This document shows, one piece after another, positions 36,118 to 47,936 of a stretch of 64,000 nt of DNA (position 1 is its first letter; the number at the start of each line of letters is the position of its first letter). The notes under the pieces were generated by a model. It did no database searches and was not told the origin of the DNA. It worked only from the letters and a program-made list of their open reading frames with translations. Source of the DNA: Scyliorhinus canicula (Eukaryota); the NCBI RefSeq assembly GCF_902713615.1, contig NC_052160.1, forward strand, positions 130,919,738 to 130,983,737, read 5' to 3'. A program made the position numbers and the translations under genes.

Positions 36118-36448
36118 GGGTGGCACGGTGGCACAGTGGTTAGCACTGCTGCCTCACAGTACCAGGGACCCGGGTTCAATTCCGGCCTTGGGTGACTGTC
36201 TATGTGGAGTTTACACTTTCTCCCCGTGTCTGCGTGGGTTTCTTCCGGGTGCTCCGGTTTCCTCCCACAGTCCAAAGATGTGCAGGTTAGGTGGACTGGC
36301 CATGATAAATTGTCCCTTAGTGTCCAAAAGATTGGGTGAGTTTACTGGAGGAGTGTGTCTCTAGGTGGGGCGCTCCTTCCAAGTGTCGGTGCAGACTTGA
36401 TGGGTTGAATGGCCTCCTTCTGCACTGTAGGGATTCTATGATTCTATG
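36118..36448 (+). mobile_element. HE1-type V-SINE, full length
   Basis: Head through (gattctat)n tail. Confidence 0.93.
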
Positions 36449-37286
36449 AGATGCTGGCCTTGCCAGTGATGTCCACATCAGAAATTGTGCACTGCAAGCT
36501 CCCACAAACAGCAATGAGATGAATGATTAGATCATTGCTTTTTTGAATGATGTTGGTTGGAGGATTGTCATTGACCCGGGACACGAGGAGAAGTTCCTTG
36601 CTCTTCTGCAAAATAGTGGTCATGAGGACTTTTGCATCAATTTAGGCAGACAAATGGGAGTCTCTGGAATTATCGGCAAAGCAGGAAGTAACACATGTCT
36701 CAAAGAAAGATAATAGAGGGAGGAGGAAGAACTTGGAAGAGGGTGAGATGCAACATAGGAGGAGGGAGGGAGGAACAATAGTGCTGTACCTCCTCTATCT
36801 CTGCAACAGGTATTGCTGAGCTGTACATCTAAGCGTTGTCAGAGGCTGGTCTGTCTCTCCGTGTGGGAGTCTGTGTTTCTGTTTCTGTCTTGTCTGCACA
36901 ATGCATTAAGAGGTGATTCATTCTTGTACAAATACAAAACCAAGTGACTCATTTTAGGCTGAGCTGTTACTTTGCTCATTATTTTTACATAACTCAACTA
37001 AATCTGAACTTTGCTTCACCTCAAAAGATTCAGTAGTTCTCAGCCGTGTTTTCTTTTTAATGATTATCTGATGGATAAATGGCCCTACAACAAATTGAAT
37101 ATTCTCTCCTTTATTTGGCTGCTTGTAACACTCAAACGAGCGATGGCTTCTCAAGTTGCAACAGCTTTCTTTCTCGGCGATGCACTCAGAAATATTGGTA
37201 TCACTTGTGTACAGATACCAAATTCCATTTTAGCTTTTCAATGTGCCGGGTTGTGGAATGGATTGTATGCCCCCCCACCTCATCTG

Positions 37287-37911
37287 TAGCGGGATTCTCC
37301 GCGAACCGGCGGGGCGGGCCACTCCGGTGCCGAGGAGTGGCGTGAACCACTCTGGTGTCGGGCCACCCCAAAGGTGTGGAATCCTCCGCACCTACAGGGG
37401 CTAGACCAGCGGTGGAGTGTTTGGCACCACGCCAACCGGCGCCGAAGGGCCTCCGCTGGCCAGCGTGAGTTGGCGCATGCGTGGGAGCGCCAGCGTGGGC
37501 TGGCGTCATCTCAGCACATGCGCAGGGGGGTTCTACTCCGCACCGGCCATGGCGGAGGTTGACAGCAGCCGGTGAGGAGGGAAAGAGTGCCCCCACGGCA
37601 CAGGCCCACTCGCGGATCGGTGGACCCTCATCGCGGGCCAGACCACCGTGGGGGCACCCTACAGGGCCAGATCCCCCCCGCGCTCCTGCCCCCGAGGACT
37701 CTGCAGGCTGCCCGTGGAGCCAGGTCCCGGCGGTAAGGACCTGTTGTGATTTACGCCGGAGGGAACCTCCGAAAACGGGCGGCCACTCGGCCCATTGCGG
37801 GCAAGGAGATTCACCGGGGGGGGTGGGGGCGCGAATTCACGCTGCCTCACCTCCCACCCCCCCCCTCTCGGCGATTCTCTGACCCGGCGGGGGCGTCGGA
37901 GAATCCCGCCC
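37287..37911. mobile_element. Harbinger-type MITE (same subfamily as 15938-16586)
   Basis: Ends gcgggattctcc / ggagaatcccgccc; interior is colinear with the 15938 copy. Confidence 0.88.
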
Positions 37912-38259
37912 AAAATTTCTATTTGATTCTCCAGCAGCTGATGATTGTTGCTGGGAGCCTGTTACACTGTTTACCCTCTGATATCTTGCCAAGTTTGCAT
38001 TCTTGGCTTGCAAGCCTAGACAGTTAATATTGGCTGACAATTATATCTGAGAGCAACACAGCCAACCTCTTACACGATTGCCAATTGGAGGGTTATGGAC
38101 AGAATTCCAGAACTTAGGGCCTGGGCAGAAAATTCCAAGTGATGGAAATCGGGATGCCCAGGAGAGCAGAACTGGAAAGGTGGAGAGATCTCAGAGGGTC
38201 ACGGGGTGAACCTATTGGCGGCGCTTGTGATCTCCCAGTGATTGATTTTAATCCAGTTT

Positions 38260-38500
38260 GGGCTCAGTGGGTTGCACTCGCACCGGGGTCAGAGGGCAGA
38301 GGGCCCGATCACCACTGCAGAAAGTTGAACACACAACCGAAGCTGACATTCCCAGTGTGGTACCAGAGGAATTGCTACATTTCCAGAGGTGCCAGCTGTT
38401 GAATGAGGCATTAAACTGAGACACCTGTCCACCCACTTGGGTAGATGTAAAAAAACCTGTGGTGTTGTTCAAAAATGCAAGGTGTGTCCTTGGCTGATAA
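38260..38500 (+). mobile_element. DeuSINE 5' fragment
   Basis: Deu-domain remnant agaggtgcc...ttaaactgag...gatgtaaaa. Confidence 0.7.
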
Positions 38501-38524
38501 AGTATCGCTAAAGCAACACTACTT

Positions 38525-39190
38525 TGAGTACCGTGCATACCATCTACAAGATGCACTGCAGTAACTCACCAAGATTCCTTAGACAGCACCTTCCAAACCC
38601 ACGACCACTGCAATGCAGAAGGACAAAAGCAGCCGATATTGGGAACCTCATCACCTGGAGGTTCCACTCCAAGTCACTCACCACCCTGACTTGGAAATAT
38701 ATCGCCGTTCCTTCACTGTCGCTTAGGCAAAATCCTGGAACTTATAATATAATAACCTTTATTGTCACAAATCGGCTTACGTTAAAACTGCAATGAAGTT
38801 ACTGTGAAAAGCCCCTAGTCGCCACATTCAGGCGCCTGTTCGGGTACACAGAGGGAGAATTCAGAATGTCCAAATTACCTAACAAGCACGTCTTTCGGGA
38901 CTAGTGGGAGGAAACCGGAGCACCCGGAGGAAACCCACGCAGACACGGGAAGAACGTGCAGACTCCGCACAGTGACCGGGAATCGAACCTGGGACCCTGG
39001 TGCCGTGAAGCAACAGTGCTACCCACTGTGCTACCATACAACATCCCTCCCTAACAGCACTGTGGGTGTACCTACACTTCAGAGACTGCAGCGGTTCAAG
39101 AAGACTTTTCACCGCCACCTTCCAAAGGGCACCTTGGGATGTGCTGGCCTAACCAGCGATGCCCACATCCCGTAAATGAATAAAGATTTT
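38525..39190 (+). mobile_element. CR1-clade LINE 3' end interrupted by a chimeric SINE
   Basis: IYKMHCSNSPRFLRQHLPNP peptide; same family as 14752-15800. Confidence 0.85.
38742..39035 (-). mobile_element. Chimeric SINE (HE1 head with alternative tail)
   Basis: Same structure as 21915-22226. Confidence 0.9.
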
Positions 39191-39962
39191 AAATTCACTG
39201 GTCGTTGTTGTTTCAGGGACCTTGCTGAGCGTGCAAGAATTTGCCTGCCTTCTAACCGGGATTCGAAGGCAGTGTGCACGATGGTGGATGTGTCGGATGA
39301 TCAAACGTGGGAGTTCGCCCGGGGGCGGGGTGTTCAGAGGTGGGAGGTCATGTGAGAAAATCTCTAGGAATATGTTCAACCAGCATTGGAAACATGAACA
39401 CCCTGAGTGAGGGCTGAGGTTGCTCAATCTGGCTGAGCTTCACTGTATTAAATAGCAGCTCTTCGAAATAGGAAGGGTCATTTTGCACTGATGTTGAAAG
39501 AAATATTCTTTATTCGCACTGATTTTTAATGCCAAACCCTAACATTAATTATAATAAATTGGATTATTGTAGTCTTCATTTTCAATTTTGAATGTTAATA
39601 TTAAACTGAAGCAGGTTGCTAAAAGCCATCAAATAGTTCATTGCCATTTCTCAAGGTCAGAACCAATTGAATTCAAACTACAATCTACCTCAAATGAGGT
39701 AAATTAAATGAACAACGGGATTTTGGCTGTGAGATGCAATGTTGCTGTCATGGCAACTCCTTGGTCCCAATATCCAAAGAGCAGAAGTTACCACCAGCTC
39801 CATTCCTGTGCAGATATGATCATAGAATTGCCTCTGTGCCATTAACAGAACAACAACTTTCATCGTTTGCACCTATAACACAGAAGAACAACCCAAGATC
39901 ATTCGCAGAAGCATTATCAGACAGGATTCAACGACGAGCCATGTAGTTAGATATTGGGACGG

Positions 39963-40189
39963 TGATGCACGATCAATTGTGGAAAAACTAAGGTTGGATA
40001 CAACTGTGGCTTTATTGCAGTAAGATGCGTGGCCTCCCACAGCAGCTGGCGAAATGGCTGCCGAATAGAGGACATGCATATTTATACTCCTCCTACTAGG
40101 TGGAGCCAGCAGGCAGGGGCTCCCGGCAAACCTTTAGTACAGGTCCTACCTTACATCACCTAATATAGGTGTAACAGTGGTTTACCACA
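39963..40189 (-). mobile_element. Solo LTR (227 bp)
   Basis: TG...CA termini; perfect 5-bp TSD GACGG; TATAAA and AATAAA on the minus strand. Confidence 0.9.
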
Positions 40190-41105
40190 GACGGGTGACC
40201 ATAAAGCTTGGCCAACATGACAGCTTCAAATGAGCCTTTCAAGGAGGATAGAGGGAAAGAGAGTATTCCAGAGCTTATAACCTTGGCAGTTGAAGGCACG
40301 GCTCCTGATGGTGCAGTGAAGGATACTTAAGGTGCCATAATTGGAGGAGAGTGGAGATCACAGGGAGCTGGAGAGCTGGGAGAGGTTACAGAGGTAGGGA
40401 GGCTGAATTTTGTGATGAGGGGTTTCAATCCTGTGAGTGTTCTCCTGGTTATTTGCCATAGCTTGGGAAAATCCTGGAGGGATGGTGTTAAAATGTTGGT
40501 AACCCTTTGGAATTTTCAGCCTTCCACTAAATGGCAGATGAAGGGATATAAGCCCAGTGGAAGCAAAGTGGTTACAACAGAGCAACTCTGCAAATAATTT
40601 CACCCGTTAATATCTTTACTGACCCAAGATGTAGTCCACTGCCTCTCAATACATCATTCTAGTAAAATGAGATGCTCAGCTTCAAATTCGTTTTATTTTT
40701 ATAAAGCAGAGGGATAAAAGATTTCTTGGCATGTGCTTTAAGATTCAAAGAATAATTCCATGAATAAACACTCCATGCGAGGAGCTGTGCTCATCGCTAA
40801 ATGCTTAACCTTATCTCTGAACTGTGCTCATTTCACGTCTGGCATCTTCTGCTGGGTGGTTTGACCTGACCCCCTCCAATGCTGATGGAATTTCATGAAA
40901 AACCCTTTAGTTGTCTTAATAGTAGATAGGCAGGACCTCTGGTTGACAGTGACTAGTCAATTCAAACTCCATTTTTTAAGTTCAAATTCATAACTAACCT
41001 GTGGAAATATTATTTCAGTGAGCCAATGATCAGTCTATGCATCAGGCTGCAAAGGGAGATGATGGACACAATTAGAAGAATTAATTCAAATGCAGATTGG
41101 ATCAG

Positions 41106-41426
41106 GGGCGGGATTCTCCTACCCCCCCCCACCAGGTCGGACAATCGCTGGGGGGGGGGGGGGGGGGGGGGGGGGGGCGTGAATCCCGCCCTGCTGACCT
41201 GACGTCAGCTGCCGAATTCTCTGGCGCCAGGGTTTTGGCAGGGGCGGGAATCGCGCCGCGCGGGTCGGGGGCCGCTGCTAGCGGCCCTCCCCCCCGGGGA
41301 TTCTCCGGCCTGCGATGGGCTGAGCGGCCGCCCGTTTTCGGCCAGTCCCACAGGCGTATATCAAACCGCATGCCACTCCTCGGCGCCGGTGCAGCCCCCC
41401 CCACCGGTTAGTGGAGAATCCCGCCC
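41106..41426. mobile_element. Short Harbinger-type MITE
   Basis: Perfect 14-bp TIR GGGCGGGATTCTCC; long G-run; TSD not evident. Confidence 0.88.
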
Positions 41427-41943
41427 ATGACCTTTTTCAGAAAGCAGTCCTGAGGGATACAGTATCTGAGTAATTTGAGACATGACATGAGGATGCAAAG
41501 GCTTCAGAGAGGTTGCTGGTGAGATTTACGAGAATGGTTCCAGGGATGAGGGATTTCAGGTACGCAGGTAGATTGGAGAAACTGGCATTGTTCTCCTTGG
41601 AGAAGAAAAGTCTGAGAGGAGATTTGATAGCGGTGTCCAAAATTATGAGACACCTGGACAGGGTAGGTAGGGAGAGACTGTCCCGATTGGCAAAAGGACC
41701 CAGAACCATAGGGCACAGATTTAAAAGCATTGATAAAAGAACCCAAAGGTGGTACGAGGAAAATCTTTCTCATGCAGGGAAGGGTTAGGATGTGGAATGA
41801 ACAGGCCACTGTGTGATGACGGCAGATTTAATACAAAAGGGCATTGGATAAGCACCTGAAGGGCAAATGTTTTCAGGGCAACAGGCGGATTGGTATCAGC
41901 TAAACCACTTTTGCAGAGTTATGTTCCTCCCGCCAAAGTCGTA

Positions 41944-42152
41944 GGGCGGGATTCTCCGGGAACCGGTGGGGCGGGCCGTACCGGCGCCCAGGAGTGGCGT
42001 GAACCAATCCGGCGCGATCCCCGCCCCCACCCAAAAACCAACACCGGAGAATTCGGCAGCCGGCATTGGAGCGGCAGGGCGGGATTCACGGTGCCCCCCC
42101 CCCCCTCCCCCGGCGATTCTCCGACCCAGCGAGGGGTCGGAGATTCCCGCCC
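41944..42152. mobile_element. Minimal Harbinger-type MITE (209 bp)
   Basis: TIRs gggcgggattctcc / ggagattcccgccc; flanks gta/gga. Confidence 0.88.
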
Positions 42153-42384
42153 GGAGTGTTGACAAAGAACATAAAGCTATATGTTTAAATCAAAGCTTTT
42201 CAACACTAATTGTTACATTATTACAAGTAACACTAACGTGTTACATTATTACACTACTTGAAATGGTTCACACACTCCACTGATTAACAGCTAACAAAAT
42301 AATAGTATTGAATCTATGTTGCAGTAATTAATTATCTCACTTTAATATAACCTACACTCTAACTCGCCCTCACACTATCCTTCC

Positions 42385-42567
42385 AGGGGCTGGTTTAGCA
42401 TAGTGAGCTAAACAGCTGGCTTGTAAAGCAGAACAAGGCCAGTAGCACAGGTTCAATTCCTGTATCAGCCTCCCCGAACAGGCACTGGAATGTGGCGACG
42501 AGGGGCGTTTCACAGTAACTTCATTTGAAGCCTACTTGTGACAATAAGCGATTTTCATTTAATTTCT
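42385..42567 (+). mobile_element. Short tRNA-derived SINE
   Basis: Same family as 33385. Confidence 0.88.
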
Positions 42568-43459
42568 TCATCAACTTCTCCAACAACTTCTCCCAGAATA
42601 CCTAGAGATGCAGCCTTTTGTAAGGCTACTCAGTGATGCCATCTAGTGTTGATATACATGAACATCATCTCCTGAAATTATACATATCATTACACAGAGA
42701 GCCGGTGTGAGCAAGGAGGCCTCATTCTGTGCTGTGGCAATTTTATGATTCTACCATTCAATGGTGAGTATAATGTGCTGGTGAAGAACAGGTGACTTTG
42801 GATCTATGGTTCCCACCACAGCAAATTTTCTGCACCTATATCTGGGTGTGTTGTGTCCCTCATTGGGCAGGATTATCCGGCTCCGTCATTGTGGGACCCG
42901 AAACAGGGGATGCAGCCGGCCAGCCGAAAGTCCGATAAATTGCAATGGGACCGGAAGATCCCAGCGGTCGACTGGGCTGGAAAATCCCGGCTATTAATAC
43001 AGATTGATCAATGTGATTAATCGATTGAAGTATGTTATGATCAGGAATAGAAGGTGGACATTGGGCTCAAAAGGAGGCCATTTGGCCCATCCAATCTTTG
43101 CTGGCTCTCTGAAGAGCAACTCAGTCAGTCACATTTCTCTGTTCTATCTCTACAATTCTGCAAGTTTATTTCCTTCATATGCCAATCCAATTTCTTTCTG
43201 AGATAATTGATCATCAAGCTGATGACCAAAATCCCAGTTGTTCCCACAAGATTCCACCCCTGAGTGTTTTTCAAAGCTTTACCTGTCTACTACTTATGAG
43301 AAATTGGAGGAGGGATCAGTACCATGGATGAGGGAATTCAGTAAAGCTGAGAGACTAGGTAAAGTGGGATTTTCCTCCTCTGAGCAGTAGAGGAGCATTT
43401 AACACAGGTTGTCACAGTGGTGAAACACCTGGAAAGAGTAAATAATGTAAAACTGTTTC

Positions 43460-43664
43460 TGTTATATATGTGGGTTCTTGCAGTTGTGCGTAATATCTCT
43501 TTAAGAACTGAGTCACGTGACGTGTGACATCATTGGCTACTTTGCGGGTTTTTGGGGGAGCCAACCCTTGTACAGTGAAGGCCTATTCAATAAACCTCTG
43601 TCGATCTTGCATTAAACCCAGGTGGATCCAGTTTTCTTGCTGTTGTCAGTCTAAAGGTACAACA
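43460..43664 (+). mobile_element. Solo LTR (205 bp)
   Basis: TGTT...AACA termini; perfect 5-bp TSD GTTTC; AATAAA at about 43589. Confidence 0.9.
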
Positions 43665-43867
43665 GTTTCCACTGGCAGAAATATCAGTAACCACGGAATT
43701 TTCCTATCCGGGGCTAAGTCCCGTGGCAGAAGCGGGAATGTGGAGTGTTTGCTGTTGCAGAGTCTTCCAGCCCCAACCTCATTATTTATGCACCCAGGGG
43801 CTGAGTGCCACATTCCACGGCAGGTTGAGCATGAAGCTGCCCATCCCGCCATCATCTCTGGGTGCCA

Positions 43868-45238
43868 TTTTTTTTTTAAAAATAATTTTTATTGGAATTT
43901 TTTACAGAAAATATAAAATATAATGACAAACAATGAAATGCAACAAAATAACCCATAATAACTGTAACACCCCCCAGACCGTATCAACACATGTATCACA
44001 TCCCCCCCCCCCAACCCCAATGAACAACAAGAGAACTTAAAAATAAATTAAAATTAAATAAACAAACATAGTCTTCGTCCCCCCCCCTTTCCCCTCCCCT
44101 CCCCCCCGGGTTGCTGCTGCTACTGTCCCCGTACCCTATCGTTGAGCCAGAAAGTCGAGGAAAGGTTGCCACCGCCTAAAGAACCCTTGTACCGATCCTC
44201 TCAGGGCGAATTTGACCTTTTCTAGCTTAATTGAAACCCGCCATGTCATTGATCCAGGTCTCCACGCTTGGAGGCCTCGCATCCTTCCATTGTAGCAAGA
44301 TCCTTCACCGGGCTACTAGGGACGCAAAGGCCAGCATACCGGCCTCTTTCGCCTCCTGCACTCCCGGCTCCACCCCAACCCCAAAAATCGCGAGTCCCCA
44401 GCCTGGCTTGACCCTGGATCCCACCACCCTCGACACCATCCTCGCTACCCCCTTCCAGAACTCCTCCAGTGCCGGGCATGCCCAGAACATATGGGCATGG
44501 TTCACTGGACTCCCCGAGCACCTGACACACCTGTCTTCACCCCCAAAGAGCCTACTCATCCTCGTCCCAGTCATGTGGGCCCGGTGCAGCACCTTGAATT
44601 GGATGAGGCTAAGCCGCTCACACGAGAAGGAAGAATTAACCCTCTCCAGGGCATCAGCCCATGTCCCGTCTTCGATCTGTTCCCCCAGTTCCCCCTCCCA
44701 CTTAGCTTTCAGCTCCTCTACTGCCGCCTCCTCTGCCTCCTGCATAACCTTGTAGATATCAGATATTGTCCCCTCTCCGAACCAGACCCCCGAAAGCACC
44801 CTGTCACTCACCCCCCTCGCGGGAAGTGAAGGGAATCCCTCCACCTGCCGTCTAGCAAATGCCTTTACCTGCAGATACCTGAACATGTTTCCCGGGGGGA
44901 GCCCAAATTTCTCCTCCAACTCCCCCAGGCTCGCAAACCTCCCATCAATAAACAGGTCCCTCAGCTGTCTGATGCCCGCTCTGTGCCAACCCTGAAATCC
45001 CCATCAATGTTCCCCGGGACGAACCTATGGTTCCCCCTTAACGGAGCCTCCCCTATGTCGCCTCCACTGCCCTCAAATCTTGAGGGTAGCCGCCACCATC
45101 GGATTGGGTAACGCCAGCCCCCCCCCCCCATCTCTACCCCGCTCCAAGAAGACCCTCTTCACCCTCGGGGTCCCATGCGCCCAAACAAAGCTCATGATGC
45201 TGCTAGTCACCCTCCTAAAAAAGGCCCTAGGGATAAAT
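43868..45238 (-). mobile_element. 5'-truncated L1-clade LINE (ORF2 C-terminus), inserted in an older MITE (about 43690-45725)
   Basis: ORF 44305-44919 contains LIQFKVLHRAH...CVRC...HMFWACP (L1 zinc-binding region); 3' UTR has AATAAA and poly-A at 43868-43877. Confidence 0.93.
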
Positions 45239-45729
45239 ATTTAAAAGACGGCGAATATCACTGACCCACCGTTGAAAAGAAAGAAGCTGGACCTCCTGAC
45301 AAAGAAGATGGATCACCAGGAATGCTCTGAAGCTGGAAGATGGACCCCATCGATGGCACTGACTCCGGAAGATCCACCGGTAGTTGCACCCTCCCAACCA
45401 TTGCTGTGGTGTTCCGGGGTCTAGGATTGCTGGTGGTCTCCGTACCGAACTCCAGATGCTGCCCGAGGCATTGTTCAGGTAAGTTCTGACTTCTGCATGT
45501 CACGTTGCTCCATACGAGCTGGCGTCACGATCTGCACCCAATTAATGGGATGCAAATCAGTTTCCCGCTGCCGTTCAGTGGGTTTCCCAATCCCCCATGG
45601 CAGGCACCAATGAGAGGTCCCACGAGAAATTCACCCCGGCGTAAAACCGATTTTTGGCCTCCTGCCAAATACTCCCTCCCCGCCCGCGATTCAACCCAGC
45701 GGCGGGGAAGAATTCCACGGGACGCAATG

Positions 45730-45995
45730 TAAAATAATTGGCAGAAGAAGCAAGTTAGAATTTTTTTGTTTACTCAGTAAACTGTTATAATCTGGGAAGT
45801 GCAGTCTGAAAGTGTACTGGAGGCAGGTTCTGTGGTGATTTTCAAAAGGAAAACGTATAAATATTTGAAAAGGTCAAATTGGCACAGCTATGAGGAAAGA
45901 AAAGTGGATTGCAATTAATTGGGCAGTTCCTTCAGCTGCCATCAAACACATGGTGGGCCAAATGGCCTCCTTCTGTACTCTGAGATTCTATCATC
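45730..45995 (+). mobile_element. CR1 3' fragment
   Basis: Tail gggccaaatggcctccttctgtac. Confidence 0.65.
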
Positions 45996-46720
45996 CTGTG
46001 CCGCTGCCCAACAAAGAACATATGGTAATTAAAGACTAACATATTTAGTAAAAGTGGAGAGCAGAAAATATCCCATTACTTCACATTTCAACAGTTTAAT
46101 TAAACAATGTTTAATCACTCATTTAATCAATGAGCATTTTAGGGGGGGGATTAATTTATGTTGGCGTTTCCAATAATTACCCTGGAGATTAAAAGGGATT
46201 TTAAAAAATATCAGGTTCCTCACATCAAGCCTTGTTGTGACAAATGTCTCATGACTCGATGTATCACTGCCAGTCCTGTACAGCGATGATAGAGTTAGGG
46301 ACAAAGAAGTAAATATTTGAAAAGTGGTGGGGATTAAGTTAAATTAAGTTGAAGATTCCCACAGGCGCTTCACCTACCACCTTAACACTTCATGCATTTT
46401 GAAGGAACTGAGGTTGGTGGGGCATCGATTGAGGTATGATCAGGTGTTGTGAAAACAAGTTCCATTAATTTCATTCACTAATCTGTGTAGAGTAGCACAA
46501 TTTTGAGCACTAACACACGAGAAGTCTACTCTCTAACAGGATAGCAGGGATCCCGTACACTCCATCTAGTTTGTGGCGGCTCTTTGAAGGTCCAGCTCCT
46601 TTAACACCACTTGCTCATTCTTTCCCTATAGCTCTGTAAATATCTCCTTATCAACAATATTTATCTCTCACCACAACAAGATTTCCTTTCAGGTCAACAA
46701 TCATACCAGTGTTATTTTCT

Positions 46721-46952
46721 CTACCCAAATATACCCTAATCTACTTTAATGTACCCTAATCTACCCTAATTTACCCTAAACTACCCCAATTTACCCTAAT
46801 CTACCCTAATCTATGATAATTTACCCAAATCTATCCTCATTCACTGTAGTCTACCCTAATTTAACCTAATGTATCCTAATCCACTCTAAGTGACACAATT
46901 TTACCCTAATCTACCCTAATTTACCCAAATCCACTCTAATTTACCCTAATTT
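46721..46952 (+). repeat. 10-bp minisatellite (TACCCTAATY)n
   Basis: About 20 degenerate units; the reverse strand contains TTAGGG. Confidence 0.9.
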
Positions 46953-47019
46953 GCTTTTGTTTATAAAATACTTTACTGGTTCCTTTTTTATGTTCCTCAG
47001 TGATTTTTGTTTCCATCTA

Positions 47020-47600
47020 CAGCAACAACTTGCATTTAAATAGTGCCTATAACATAGTATAATGCTGCGAGGCAATTTACAAGAAGGCTATCAAACAAGA
47101 TTTGACACTGAGCCACACAAAGAGATTATTGGACGTGTGAACAAATGCCTTGTCAAAGAGAAAGGTTTTAAGGAGCATCTTAAAAGGGGAGCGAGATCCA
47201 GAGAGGTGGGACGATTTGGGGAGGGGATTCCAGAGTTTAGGGTCTTGGCAGCTGAAGGCACGGCCACCAAAGGTGGAGCAATTCAAACTGGGGTGGCTCA
47301 ATGTAGAGGCCCACACCGGGCCTGTGGGGCGTGAATGATTATCTTCCCCAAGGCCCTTGTGAGGTACATGCAACCCAAGGAGATCTCTCTTGACTTCTGT
47401 CTAAATGGTCGACCAGTAAGGCTTTGACCAGAGAGGAACTGGGCTGTGTATATATTGTGGTGAAAATTAAAAAATGCTGCTTCTTTATTTTTATCTGGTG
47501 TGGACTTGTGTTCTTATTAAACTCAAGATGCCAGAATTGGAGGGGTGAAGAGATCTTGGAGGTTTGTCGAGCTGGAAATGGTTACAGGGATAGGGAGGGG
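47020..47600 (-). mobile_element. L2-like LINE 3' end
   Basis: Peptide GGRAFSCQDPKLWNPLP...FKMLLKTFLF matches the L2 ORF2 terminus. Confidence 0.8.
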
Positions 47601-47605
47601 AGAGG

Positions 47606-47936
47606 TCATAGAATCATAGAACTTACAGTGCAGAAAGAGGCCATTCGGCCTATCGAGTCTGCATCGGCCCTTGGAAAGAGCATTCCACTCAAGCCCATGC
47701 TTCCACCCCTTCCCCGTAACCCAGTAAACCCACCTAACCTTTTTGGACACTCAAGGCCATTTAACATGGCCAATGCACCTAACCTGCACATCTTTGGACT
47801 GTGGGAGGAAACGGAGCACCTGGAGGAAACCCATGCAGAAACAGGGAGAAGGTGCAGGCTCCGCACAGTGACCCAAGCCGGGAATCGAACCGGGGACCCT
47901 GGAGCTGTGAAGCAACTTTGGTAACCACTATACTAC
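47606..47936 (-). mobile_element. HE1-type V-SINE
   Basis: Head, V-domain and tail. Confidence 0.92.

Larger units (their letters stand above)
41919..42694 (-). mobile_element. Probable solo LTR with a nested MITE and SINE
   Basis: 5-bp TSD CAGAG (41914-41918, 42695-42699); right end ...ATTACA. Confidence 0.7.
41480..42755 (+). mobile_element. CR1 3' fragment hosting nested insertions
   Basis: RFTRMVPGMRDFRYAGRLEKLALFSLEKKSLRGDLI; tail resumes at 42695. Confidence 0.85.

Noticed and set aside
36118-36190. tRNA gene candidates, here and at other SINE heads
   Set aside because: A/B boxes run directly into SINE bodies, so these are tRNA-derived heads rather than tRNA genes.
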